Source: an uncultured Verrucomicrobiae bacterium (lineage in GTDB: Bacteria; Verrucomicrobiota; Verrucomicrobiia; Chthoniobacterales; UBA10450). Taken from it: a stretch of DNA of 64,000 nucleotides. The stretch lies in NCBI GenBank assembly GCA_963735805.1, contig CAVTMK010000004.1, positions 480,001 to 544,000 of the forward strand, given 5' to 3'. The notes under the pieces were generated by a model. That model saw nothing but the letters and a program-made list of their open reading frames with translations. It was not told the DNA's origin and searched no databases. Each line of letters opens with the position of its first letter. Position 1 is the first letter of the stretch. The position numbers and the translations under genes were made by a program. Below are positions 1 to 9,157 of the stretch, piece by piece.

Positions 1-561
1 GCGACGATCACCCTGGATCTGTTCGCGGTGCTGTTGGGAGGCGCGACAGCACTAATGCCGATCTTCGCTGATCAAATTCTGCATTGTGGACCGGTTGGTC
101 TCGGCTGGATGCGTGCGGCCCCGGCGATCGGTGCATTTGCAATGGCGATGGTCGTAGCACATCTGCCGCCAATGAAGCGGGCCGGCCGCGCCTTGCTCTG
201 GTGCGTCCTCGGGTTCGGAATTGCGACTGTCCTGTTTGGTTTATCAAAAATCTTCTGGTTATCGCTCGGCATATTATTTCTTGTCGGGGCATTCGATAGT
301 GTGAGCGTGATCATTCGAGGTTCCATCGTGCAACTAGTCACTCCAGATGAAATGCGCGGACGCGTTTCTTCGGTAAACAACATATTCATCGGCACATCGA
401 ACGAGTTTGGCGCGCTCGAATCAGGATTGACGGCTGCGCTGTTTGGTCCAGTGATTTCCGTCGTTGCAGGGGGAATTGGAACAATCCTGGTGGTATTGGG
501 GGTCGCGTGGCGGTGGCCGGAGACGCGCAAGATCGGCGCGTTAGACCGAACATTGCAGTGA
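1..561 (+). CDS. MFS transporter, C-terminal part (truncated at window 5' edge)
   Basis: Frame is open from base 1 (ATITLDLFAVLLGGATALMP...). Multiple TM helices and the MFS motif 'QLVTPDEMRGRVSSVN'. Confidence 0.85.
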   Translation, partial: ATITLDLFAVLLGGATALMPIFADQILHCGPVGLGWMRAAPAIGAFAMAMVVAHLPPMKRAGRALLWCVLGFGIATVLFGLSKIFWLSLGILFLVGAFDSVSVIIRGSIVQLVTPDEMRGRVSSVNNIFIGTSNEFGALESGLTAALFGPVISVVAGGIGTILVVLGVAWRWPETRKIGALDRTLQ

Positions 562-618
562 ACTAGCCTGTTGGAGCCAGAGCCGACTACCCGGTGGCCA
601 TAACGATGCCGCTTATGG

Positions 619-1542
619 TTAAAATGCGCCGTGCAACGAAATCATTCCGTACGGTGCGCCTCCGTCCTGGTGATAGCGCACCTCAGCGCGATAAAAATCG
701 AAATTTCTATACGGCTGATAACCGACTTCGCCAGTGAACGTCACCAGTGGCGAAATTTTCCAGTCGAAGCCTCCGCCGGTCCGAACCTCGCTATACGTCA
801 GGATCGCATGGTTGAGCCTCGGGATTCCATTCGCGTTCCCGAAATCGTCATCCACACGGTAACTGGTTTGCTTCACATTCGCCCCTACGTAAAGGGACAC
901 GTCTTTATTCATCTCATACTCGAGACGCGGAGTCGGCAGGACCGCGTCGAGAAGCCACTGCGATGCGACTTTCCAGCGAAGCCCGGCAGCAGGGATAACC
1001 GGATATTTCCGCTCCACATCGACGCTCACGCCGAGAACGAGCTGCAGATTAGGACTGTAAATGTAAGTGCCGCCTATGAGGAACGGAAGATTGAAATTGT
1101 CCCAGCCTAAATTATCGAACTCAGTATCGTACACACCGGGCTGACCTTCGGCCCTGACGATGATTGAATCGGAAAACTGCATGTCCAATCCAGTAACCAG
1201 ACTGACTGACTGCAGGGTGTCCGGAAGAGCCGCATGATCGGGAAGGCCAAATGAGAATCGCTCCCACTCCGCGCCAAACCGTAGAATGCCGATTTTAGTT
1301 CGTGGTGTGAACACCAAATGTACGATTGAATCGTTTTCGTCGAAATCGCGCACATCCTTGTTGGGCCCGCGTTGGACGTCACCGCCACCGACATAGGCGT
1401 CTTCCGCCGTGTATTCAAAAGGCACGTGACTTAGCGATTCAGACCAGCTACCAGCGTTTTCCTCGGCGAAAATTCGCGACACAAGCAACAACGACGATGC
1501 TGCGCAGACAACTGCGAAAACTCGACACTCAAGGCGTTTCAC
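619..1542 (-). CDS. Outer-membrane beta-barrel protein (DUF6268-like)
   Basis: Signal peptide, alternating amphipathic strands, C-terminal Phe (...ISLHGAF). Clear paralog of 5285-6184. Confidence 0.7.
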   Translation of the reverse strand: MKRLECRVFAVVCAASSLLLVSRIFAEENAGSWSESLSHVPFEYTAEDAYVGGGDVQRGPNKDVRDFDENDSIVHLVFTPRTKIGILRFGAEWERFSFGLPDHAALPDTLQSVSLVTGLDMQFSDSIIVRAEGQPGVYDTEFDNLGWDNFNLPFLIGGTYIYSPNLQLVLGVSVDVERKYPVIPAAGLRWKVASQWLLDAVLPTPRLEYEMNKDVSLYVGANVKQTSYRVDDDFGNANGIPRLNHAILTYSEVRTGGGFDWKISPLVTFTGEVGYQPYRNFDFYRAEVRYHQDGGAPYGMISLHGAF

Positions 1543-1545
1543 TGG

Positions 1546-2616
1546 CTAACGACCTCCACTCGAATCGCGGCGAAACAGTGTGACGGCTTTGGTTATGTTT
1601 TTCATCATCACGGACTCCGAGCCGAGCCGCTCGACGCCATGTAGGGAGCCGAGCGAGGCAGCGGAGATCATGTCGCCGCGCCAGACAAGCGTGGAAGGTT
1701 TCCCTTCCAGGGTAACAGGCCACATCTGAAACAAGGTGAGAGCAACGTAATAGCCACCACTTGCGTAATATAGGACGTCAGCAGCTTGATAGGTGCCGCC
1801 GGTTCCGCCGCGGCTGTAAGAGGCGCCCAGCGTTACCACGCCTTGATCATCCGCATCAAGAAGCTCCCAATATAATTCAGGCTTGAGCGATCCAGCACCG
1901 CGCCCAATACCTGTGGCGCCCAGGAAACCGGAAAACTGGTTGCGAATTTTTCCTTGCTCGCGCAACAATCCATTTACTTCATCGCTCGCCCGAATAGACG
2001 GGCCGGCGTGATCGTACGGAGGTTGTGCGGACATCCCCCCAGACACGAAACTTTTCGTTCGGGCAGTCAAAACGTCCGCCCAGAACCCTGCGACTGGTTC
2101 AGGTATGACCCCTCCGCCTCCAGTTCCGGTTGAAAATTTCTTTGCTTCATCCTTACTGATTTGCAGGTCGGAACTGAGCTTTTGCGTCGCCGCGACGAAT
2201 GAACGCACGGACGCGTTATTCGGCGCGTTTTTCAACCTGTCGAAGTTACTGGGTGTAGGATTCGAGGGAAGATCGGAGTGCAGGAAGACCTTGAGCTCGC
2301 GATGCCTTGTTGCATCCCAACGACGCAACGCTTCGATTTGTTGGGCAGGCGCCGACCCTGGCACGACATAGCAGCTTTGCACGGCAAGAAACCGAGGATT
2401 GCTCATCGGGGGTCCGTGTGCCGTTTTCACATCGCTTTTCGCAAGCTGGGCGAGATCCACCTTGCCGAAAATGGAAAATGAGGCGAGATCAGAAACAGCG
2501 TCAGCGTGTGCGGTTATTGGGCCCAGAAACAACACCGACAGCAAGAGTAAGAGGCTGCCCGCCCTTACAAAGAAGTGCCGCCGCAGATTCAGCATTTTAA
2601 CTTTCATGAGCAACAT
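1546..2616 (-). CDS. Exported hypothetical protein
   Basis: 356-aa ORF with a hydrophobic signal ending AHA-DA, 3 nt upstream of the barrel gene. Start codon uncertain (several Met). Confidence 0.7.
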   Translation of the reverse strand: MLLMKVKMLNLRRHFFVRAGSLLLLLSVLFLGPITAHADAVSDLASFSIFGKVDLAQLAKSDVKTAHGPPMSNPRFLAVQSCYVVPGSAPAQQIEALRRWDATRHRELKVFLHSDLPSNPTPSNFDRLKNAPNNASVRSFVAATQKLSSDLQISKDEAKKFSTGTGGGGVIPEPVAGFWADVLTARTKSFVSGGMSAQPPYDHAGPSIRASDEVNGLLREQGKIRNQFSGFLGATGIGRGAGSLKPELYWELLDADDQGVVTLGASYSRGGTGGTYQAADVLYYASGGYYVALTLFQMWPVTLEGKPSTLVWRGDMISAASLGSLHGVERLGSESVMMKNITKAVTLFRRDSSGGR

Positions 2617-2676
2617 ACGTGATGGCCAACGCCAAATGGTTGCAAATTTTTTGGATCACCGCAATAGGGTTTCTAT

Positions 2677-3627
2677 ATGAGCGAACCGGTGATCGTGCTT
2701 GACCATTTGAGCAAGAGTTACGGTGACGTCCATGCCGTGCGGGATCTTTCTCTTCAAATCGAAACGGGAACGATCTTTGGTTTTCTCGGCCCTAATGGCG
2801 CTGGCAAAACCACGACGATGCGGATGTTGTGTGGCCTGACCCACGCCACTGCTGGCCATGCGACGATCGAAGGCGCAGATGTCTGGAAGGATCGATATTT
2901 GGTGCGGACCAAGATCGGGTATGTGCCGCAGCGCTTCAGTCTTTATCGAGATCTGACGGTCCTGGAAAATTTCCGGTTCTTCGGGGGCGCCTATGGTGTG
3001 CCCGGCGGGGAGTTAGAGCCGCGAATCGACCGCCTGCTGCGGGTGATTGATTTGCAAGAAAAGCGTAATACGGCTGCGCAAAGCTTATCGGGGGGGATGC
3101 GGCAGCTGCTGGCGATTGGATGCGCGCTCGTGCATAACCCGGCGCTGCTGTTTTTTGACGAGCCGACGGCGGGTCTCGACCCGGTGCACCGGCAGCAAAT
3201 CTGGAACTTGCTTTACGATCTCAGTAACGAAGGCAAAACGATTTTCGTTACCACGCACTACATGGATGAGGCCGAGCGCTGCACTGAAGTCGGTTTTATC
3301 GAGGATGGACGGCTGCTGGCGAAAGCTTCACCGCGCGCTTTAAAGTCGAGCTTTCGTACGCGATTACTCGAGATAGACGTCGACCCGCTAATGCCGGCGT
3401 TGGTTCGACTGCGCGGCCTTCCCGAACTCCTCGGAGTTTCATTACGCAGCGGCAGCTTGCGCCTTTACGCGGCGGATCCCGAGCAGTTGGTGGCCGGATG
3501 GCGCGAGCGTTGGCCATTCAATGATCTTCAGTTGCTAGGCGAACGCTGGGTAGAACCGGATATGGAAGACGTTTTCACCGCGTATTCACAGGGCTACGAC
3601 GAGGTTTTGAAAAGATTAACTCCATGA
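2677..3627 (+). CDS. ABC-2 type transporter ATP-binding protein
   Basis: Walker A GPNGAGKTT, signature LSGGMRQ, Walker B FFDEPT, H-loop TTHYMDEAE. Confidence 0.92.
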   Translation: MSEPVIVLDHLSKSYGDVHAVRDLSLQIETGTIFGFLGPNGAGKTTTMRMLCGLTHATAGHATIEGADVWKDRYLVRTKIGYVPQRFSLYRDLTVLENFRFFGGAYGVPGGELEPRIDRLLRVIDLQEKRNTAAQSLSGGMRQLLAIGCALVHNPALLFFDEPTAGLDPVHRQQIWNLLYDLSNEGKTIFVTTHYMDEAERCTEVGFIEDGRLLAKASPRALKSSFRTRLLEIDVDPLMPALVRLRGLPELLGVSLRSGSLRLYAADPEQLVAGWRERWPFNDLQLLGERWVEPDMEDVFTAYSQGYDEVLKRLTP

Positions 3628-4811
3628 AGTGGCTATCATTCGAAGCGACTGCCAGTGTCGCTTACAAAGAATTTTTGCACATCCTGCGCGATCGGCGTGT
3701 GCTGCTGTTGGTATTGACTCTGCCGCCGCTGTTTACGCTCCTTTTTGGCCACGCCTTTGAAACAAGCGAACTAACTGGCGTCAGAAGCCTGCTCATCAAT
3801 CGCGACAACACTCCACGCGCACGGGAACTTGTCGATATCATTTCGAAGAACAAAACGTTTCAGTGGCGGTACGGATCGCCGGATACGAAAAATGCACCGG
3901 ATTTAATCGCTGAAGGGGTACAGGCTGCGCTGATCATTCCCGCGGGCTGGAATGAGAACCTGGAAAACGGCGACCCGAAGCCGTTGCTGCTGTATGTCGA
4001 CGGCAGCGACATCAATACGTCCGATGCCGTGGAAGGTAGCATTCGACAGAGCTTGGGCGACTTTCAGCTAAAACAACGGGACCAGATGATTGAGAATCTG
4101 CCGGAAGAGGTCTTTGAACTGGGCAAGCAGCTTCCAGTCCAAATCCGCAAACGCTTCGTCTCCATGATGGAGATGTGGTCTGTGAATACCAAGCGATTAT
4201 ATAACCCAAAATCGCGCGTTATCGATTACGTTGTACCCGGTATCATTGGCCTGATTCTGCAATTGCTGACAGTCACACTGATGGCTTGCACCATCGCCAG
4301 AGAACGAGAGTCAGGCACGCTTTACCAGCTAATGGTCACGTCACTGCGACGTCGTGAAATCGTGATTGGCAAGATGTTGCCTTACCTTGTGGTGTCTATC
4401 TTTCTGGTCATAGTGATCATGCTGGTGAGCAGCTGGCATTTTGGTGTGATCTTTTATCAATTGCCTGCTCTTGCTGTGGTCTGCCTGCTTTTCCTGCTTT
4501 GTTCGCTCGGACTCGGCCTCTTGATCTCCGCGTTCTCACGTACGCAAACCCAAGCCATACAGTTTTCTGTTTTTTTTCTTTTACCGGTATTTGTACTCTC
4601 GGGGGCGTTCGCGCCTCTGGGACAACTACCGAAGGCGATCCAGTACGTTTCCGAACTTTTTCCACTTACTCACTTTTGCCGCGCATTTCGGTTGGTAAAC
4701 ATGTACCACGCCGGGGCGCAATTTTACGTTGGCGATCTTCTAGTGCTGCTGGCGGGCGCCTTAATCACATTTCTCGGCGCGTCGTTTCTTCTAAAACGTA
4801 TCGAGCAGTAG
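3624..4811 (+). CDS. ABC-2 transporter permease (YbhS/YbhR-like)
   Basis: N-terminal TM, large periplasmic loop, then a TM bundle with 'IARERESGT' and 'PLTHF'. ATGA overlap with the ATPase gene. Confidence 0.9.
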   Translation: MKWLSFEATASVAYKEFLHILRDRRVLLLVLTLPPLFTLLFGHAFETSELTGVRSLLINRDNTPRARELVDIISKNKTFQWRYGSPDTKNAPDLIAEGVQAALIIPAGWNENLENGDPKPLLLYVDGSDINTSDAVEGSIRQSLGDFQLKQRDQMIENLPEEVFELGKQLPVQIRKRFVSMMEMWSVNTKRLYNPKSRVIDYVVPGIIGLILQLLTVTLMACTIARERESGTLYQLMVTSLRRREIVIGKMLPYLVVSIFLVIVIMLVSSWHFGVIFYQLPALAVVCLLFLLCSLGLGLLISAFSRTQTQAIQFSVFFLLPVFVLSGAFAPLGQLPKAIQYVSELFPLTHFCRAFRLVNMYHAGAQFYVGDLLVLLAGALITFLGASFLLKRIEQ

Positions 4812-4820
4812 GGCGGCGCG

Positions 4821-4855
4821 AATGACGAAGAACGAAAGACGAGGGAAAGAGGAAA
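4821..4855 (+). repeat. Degenerate heptamer tandem repeat
   Basis: aatgacg-aagaacg-aaagacg-agggaaa-gaggaaa in the intergenic gap. Confidence 0.45.
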
Positions 4856-4856
4856 A

Positions 4857-5288
4857 ATGAAGCCGGAAGCGCCTCATTATCGATCATGCGGTCGCCATTT
4901 ATTCCTAATCGGCGCGTTGACCCTGGGGACTTGCGTGGTTGCAGCAAGCGCCGTCTCCGGCGAACACATGGCCTCGACACCACAGCAAGTGTTCGACTCG
5001 ATGCGCAGCAGTTTCCAATCAGCGAAGGCAAAGGGATTACACGCTCGGTATCAATGGGACTTGAGCGGACCGCAAGGCGGCGAATGGTGGATCGACGTGG
5101 ATGACGGGAAGTACAAGATGGGAAAAGGAAAAATCGACAATCCAAGTGTGACGTTCGTCGCGACAGATAGGGATTGGGTCGCAGTTTCCAACCATCAAAT
5201 GGGCGGCACGTGGGCTTACCTGACTGGCCGATTAAAGATTCGTGGCGACCAGGGGCTTGCGAGAAAACTTGGCGAAATTTTCCCTTAG
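4857..5288 (+). CDS. SCP2 sterol/lipid-binding domain protein, possibly exported
   Basis: SCP2 motifs 'YQWDLSGPQGGEWWIDV' and 'AYLTGRLKIRGDQGLARKL'. Hydrophobic N-terminal extension; alternative ATG at 4968. Confidence 0.85.
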   Translation: MKPEAPHYRSCGRHLFLIGALTLGTCVVAASAVSGEHMASTPQQVFDSMRSSFQSAKAKGLHARYQWDLSGPQGGEWWIDVDDGKYKMGKGKIDNPSVTFVATDRDWVAVSNHQMGGTWAYLTGRLKIRGDQGLARKLGEIFP

Positions 5289-6184
5289 AACTTTAGTTCC
5301 GCGGCGATTCTAACGTAGGGAGCCGGATCAGTCCTTTTTGACTGGTTGGCTCTGAAAAAGTCAAAGTTGCGTTCAACAGTGACGCCTCCGCCGGCAATGA
5401 TCTTCAGATGTTTAATACCTGTATAAGCTATCTGCGCCCCGGCGCGATCCTCGCTGTATTGAACGACGGCATTGTGCAATTGCAATTTTTGCTCCGTCGT
5501 CACGACATCGTCCGTACGAAAACTTGTGTAATTAAGCTCGCCAGTGATCCTGAACTCCCAGTCGTCGTTGGGTGTATAGATAAGCGCCGGCCTCGGAAAG
5601 ACGCCCTGAAGTCGAAGCTTGTCGTTAAAAACCCAGATAATGCCGCCACCCGGCGCCACTACTGGATCCTGATAAATACCACCGCCCAAACCGATAACGG
5701 CGAAGATTTTGTCCTTCTTCAGGGGAAAAGTCACATAAATTTTCCACGGTATGTCGAAAGCATCGCCAGAAACCTGGTCTTGAAAGTACAATCCCGGATC
5801 AATCTCGGCGCTCAGGCCGGGAAAGTCCTGCACAACGTACTCCACAGCCAGATGACCGGACGCGGCTTGCAGATGATCAGGCAAACCGTTGTCAGTACCG
5901 CCGAAATCATAACGCTCATATTCGACGCCGGCACGGAAGTACCATTGGCCAGTAATTAAAAAACGGTGATCGTAGCTAAAATCGTTATAGAGAGAATCAC
6001 CATCACCGAGTTTTGATTCCTTGAAATCGCTGCCAAACGTATAAGTCGTTTCATAGGAAAAAAGATCGCGCGAATTCTCATCTGATGGCGTGGGCGAAGG
6101 CTGGGCCTCAAACGTGGACGGCCCGGCGAGCATTGACGTCGCAGAAACAAAAAATAGAAAGGCAAAGAAGGGATTGCTTTTCAT
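5285..6184 (-). CDS. Outer-membrane beta-barrel protein (DUF6268-like), paralog 2
   Basis: Signal peptide from ATG 6184, C-terminal Phe (AAELKF). Shares G-EyERy-FG/LPD-LQ, 'RNFDF.RA' and 'APY' with 619-1542. Confidence 0.7.
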   Translation of the reverse strand: MKSNPFFAFLFFVSATSMLAGPSTFEAQPSPTPSDENSRDLFSYETTYTFGSDFKESKLGDGDSLYNDFSYDHRFLITGQWYFRAGVEYERYDFGGTDNGLPDHLQAASGHLAVEYVVQDFPGLSAEIDPGLYFQDQVSGDAFDIPWKIYVTFPLKKDKIFAVIGLGGGIYQDPVVAPGGGIIWVFNDKLRLQGVFPRPALIYTPNDDWEFRITGELNYTSFRTDDVVTTEQKLQLHNAVVQYSEDRAGAQIAYTGIKHLKIIAGGGVTVERNFDFFRANQSKRTDPAPYVRIAAELKF

Positions 6185-6336
6185 GGTTAAGGCGTCCCGG
6201 ATATCGACATATCGAATGAGCAACCCGAAAGCGATGTATCGAATAGGCGTTATTTTAGCAAGGAGTATTTCCGATACAGGCGAATCCTCTCTCTATATGG
6301 GCGCATGTTCCTGCGCGCGCTCAAATTGGTCTCGAT

Positions 6337-7368
6337 ATGAGCGCGCCTGGTAAGATTCGACTAACGATTTACCTGCTGGCTTTCGCAGGAGCGACGCTAT
6401 TCATCGCTCTTTTGATTCACCAGGGCGTCGGACAGGTCCTCAGGGCGTTTGCTGCTGGTGAATGGGGAATTTTAGGCGTCGTTGTCTACCATCTCATTCC
6501 GATATTTCTGGATGCGACGGCCTGGTGGGTGTTGTTCCCAAGACCGGATCGCCTACCGCTGTTCCAGCTCTTTTGGATGCGTTGGATTGGTGAGTCCATC
6601 AGCGCGTTGGTGCCCTCTGCCGCAATCGGCGGCGACATTGTACGCGCGCGTTTGGCGGCAATTCATGGCGCCTCGCTTCCGGTCGCCGCAGGGACAGTGG
6701 TCGTTGACATTACACTCGGCATTTTTGTGCAGGCTGGATTTACGTTGCTTGGACTTGTGCTGCTTGTTACCGCAACCGGAAAACACAGCTTCGTTCGTCC
6801 AACTTTGGTCGGAGTCGTGATCGCGCTTTTTGCCTTTGCCGGTTTCTACTTTGTCCAGCGCCTGGGAATTTTCAGCTTTCTCGGCCGAATCATAATGCGA
6901 TTGGCCGGCTCGAAAGACTGGCAATCGCTTATGCAGCGCGGCGAGACCTGGGACCAAACCATTCGCTCACTTTATGCGCGACGGCGTGCCGTGGTCGCCT
7001 GCTGTGTATGGACAATAGGTTCGCTTGTTATCGGGTCAGGAGAAATTTGGCTTGCGCTTTGGTTCCTCGACCTGCCCGCTTCATTTCTAAATGCGCTCAT
7101 TTTACAAAGCATGGTGTTAACGATTCGCTCGGCGGCATTCGCAGTTCCAGCCGGGCTTGGAGTACAGGAAGGCGGCTATCTTTTGGTCGGGAGTTTGCTT
7201 GGCATTCCGGGTGACGGCGCCTTCGCGCTGTCCCTGGTCTCGCGAGCGCGCGAAATCGGTCTTGGGATTCCGGCACTGATTTGCTGGCAAGTGATTGAGG
7301 CCCGCCGTCTTTGGCGGACACGTGAAGCAGCGACCACGGTAATACCTGAGGTGAGAGGTCAGTTTTGA
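6337..7368 (+). CDS. HpnL-like / lysylphosphatidylglycerol-synthase-TM (flippase-like) membrane protein
   Basis: Polytopic membrane protein with 'WMRWIGESISALVPSAAIGGDIVRARL' and 'VPAGLGVQEGG'. Confidence 0.75.
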   Translation: MSAPGKIRLTIYLLAFAGATLFIALLIHQGVGQVLRAFAAGEWGILGVVVYHLIPIFLDATAWWVLFPRPDRLPLFQLFWMRWIGESISALVPSAAIGGDIVRARLAAIHGASLPVAAGTVVVDITLGIFVQAGFTLLGLVLLVTATGKHSFVRPTLVGVVIALFAFAGFYFVQRLGIFSFLGRIIMRLAGSKDWQSLMQRGETWDQTIRSLYARRRAVVACCVWTIGSLVIGSGEIWLALWFLDLPASFLNALILQSMVLTIRSAAFAVPAGLGVQEGGYLLVGSLLGIPGDGAFALSLVSRAREIGLGIPALICWQVIEARRLWRTREAATTVIPEVRGQF

Positions 7369-7372
7369 CCTT

Positions 7373-8134
7373 TTAATTTTTCACTTTGCCGTGGAGCGCG
7401 ATCGTGTCACCAGCGTGCATCACGTGCAGCCGCGCTCTGACTTTGCGCTTTTTAAGTTCGCGTTTGAATACTTCCGGCGTGCCTGTCAGCGAGGGAAAGG
7501 TTCCATAGTGCATTGGAATGACTATCTTCGGAGCCACTAGTTTCACAGCTTCTGCCGCCCGGGCGGGCCCCATGGTAAAATGATCCCCGATACAAACCAG
7601 CATGACGTCGATCTTATGGAATCGCTTCACCAACGCCATGTCGGAAAACAAATCTGTGTCGCCGGTGTCATAGATCGTTGATCCATTACGTAGCGTAATG
7701 ATCAGGCCGGTCGGAGTGCCGGCATACACAGGCGGCGCACTTTCCTCCTTGTGAACGGATGAACCGTGCCACGCCGGGACGAACTGCACCTTTACCTCGC
7801 CATCAAGGAGCGATAGCTCACCGCCGAGATGCCCTGTTGTCTCATTCCCTGCCTGGCTTCTCGGGTACCCTAGTGTTGAAACAATTGCTGCGTTGAGATC
7901 GAAGTTTGAAACCAGACTCGCTCCCGTTCGCTTTCCAATCTCGACTGTATTGCCGACGTGATCGCCATGTCCATGCGTCAGGAAAATAAGATCAACATGA
8001 TCGAGGCTGGCGAGTTCGTCCTTGCCTCTTGTGAAAGCCGGATTTTCTATCCACGGATCGATCAGCAGCGTTTTCCCCGTGGCGGTGTTGATTTTGAACG
8101 CTGCGTGTCCGTACCACGTTAATTGAGTTTCCAT
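7373..8134 (-). CDS. Metallo-beta-lactamase-fold hydrolase (UPF0173)
   Basis: 'LTWYGHAAF', THGHGDH, GDT and PMHYGTF motifs. ATG 8134 preferred as start. Confidence 0.88.
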   Translation of the reverse strand: METQLTWYGHAAFKINTATGKTLLIDPWIENPAFTRGKDELASLDHVDLIFLTHGHGDHVGNTVEIGKRTGASLVSNFDLNAAIVSTLGYPRSQAGNETTGHLGGELSLLDGEVKVQFVPAWHGSSVHKEESAPPVYAGTPTGLIITLRNGSTIYDTGDTDLFSDMALVKRFHKIDVMLVCIGDHFTMGPARAAEAVKLVAPKIVIPMHYGTFPSLTGTPEVFKRELKKRKVRARLHVMHAGDTIALHGKVKN

Positions 8135-8210
8135 GCTAATGATGAAATCGAAAAGCATTCACTCGGCAAGCGTAACGGCTTTCGTAAATGCCGAATGCCA
8201 ACTGGCGAAT

Positions 8211-8230
8211 GAAGGCGGGGCCCCGCCTTC
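8211..8230. terminator. Perfect 20-bp GC-rich palindrome just past the ygfZ-like stop codon
   Basis: gaaggcgggg|ccccgccttc. The U-tract is weak, so it may be a stability hairpin rather than a terminator. Confidence 0.4.
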
Positions 8231-8233
8231 GCT

Positions 8234-9157
8234 TTAAACGAAAGGAAGCGGCACGACTTCGACTGGAACCGGCGATAGCGCTTTCGCCGCAGCCTCTCCC
8301 ACCGTCACAGCATTCAATTTCGTGCCGACACTGTTGAAACCGCGCTTCACGTATCCAAGGGCGATTTCTTTTCCGATGTTTTCGCTCCGTATCGCACTCG
8401 TGATCCAACCTGCTTCCTTCCCCGCGTCGGAAGGGGGGGCAAGTTTCATGCCTGGCTGAAGAGGAACATTGTCCAAGGATATCAACCCACATAATCGCTT
8501 GTTCGTCTGGCCCGACATTTTTATTCGCGAGATCACTTCCTGGCCAATGTAGCAACCCTTGTGGTAGTCAATTGCTCGTTGCTCGAGATTAGCTTCGATC
8601 GGAATAATCTCGTTCGTCAACTCGCGACCCCAGCGGGGAATTCCTTGCTTGATTCGCATAACCTCTGCGGCGCCGGAATCGCCCAGGGTCCATCGCAAGG
8701 ATAATGCCTGCAATGAGGTGGCCTGCTTCGCAGCATCGCCCCATATGTCCCATCCCGACTCGACAAAACGGCGCACCGAAACAATCCGCCCATGGTCCGT
8801 TGTGGGAGGTTGCTGTGACAAAAGATGAAAGAGAGAAAATTGATCCGTGACGTCCTCAATCTGAACATCGTCGGCGATCACGTAACGCTCCAGCCGGACT
8901 TTGAGCGTCTCTCGAAGGTCGGGCCCCGCGTCCGCGAAAAAGCATTCTCCAGATACGGAAACAAACACGTGTGCGTCGATTTTGCCTTTAGCATTGAGAA
9001 TGCACGCTTCGATCGCAGACGTTTCACTCGCCTTGCGAATATCATTCGTTATTTGACCGTTGAGGAACCGACACCGGTCCGTTCCTGAAATACGAAACTT
9101 TGCGCGTCTGGAAAGGTCGAAAAAGATCGCCCGTCCGGTATCGGAACGTGGCGTCAT
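8234..9157 (-). CDS. ygfZ: YgfZ/GcvT-family folate-binding protein
   Basis: Signature KGCYIGQE and 'FLNGQITND'. Confidence 0.88.
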   Translation of the reverse strand: MTPRSDTGRAIFFDLSRRAKFRISGTDRCRFLNGQITNDIRKASETSAIEACILNAKGKIDAHVFVSVSGECFFADAGPDLRETLKVRLERYVIADDVQIEDVTDQFSLFHLLSQQPPTTDHGRIVSVRRFVESGWDIWGDAAKQATSLQALSLRWTLGDSGAAEVMRIKQGIPRWGRELTNEIIPIEANLEQRAIDYHKGCYIGQEVISRIKMSGQTNKRLCGLISLDNVPLQPGMKLAPPSDAGKEAGWITSAIRSENIGKEIALGYVKRGFNSVGTKLNAVTVGEAAAKALSPVPVEVVPLPFV

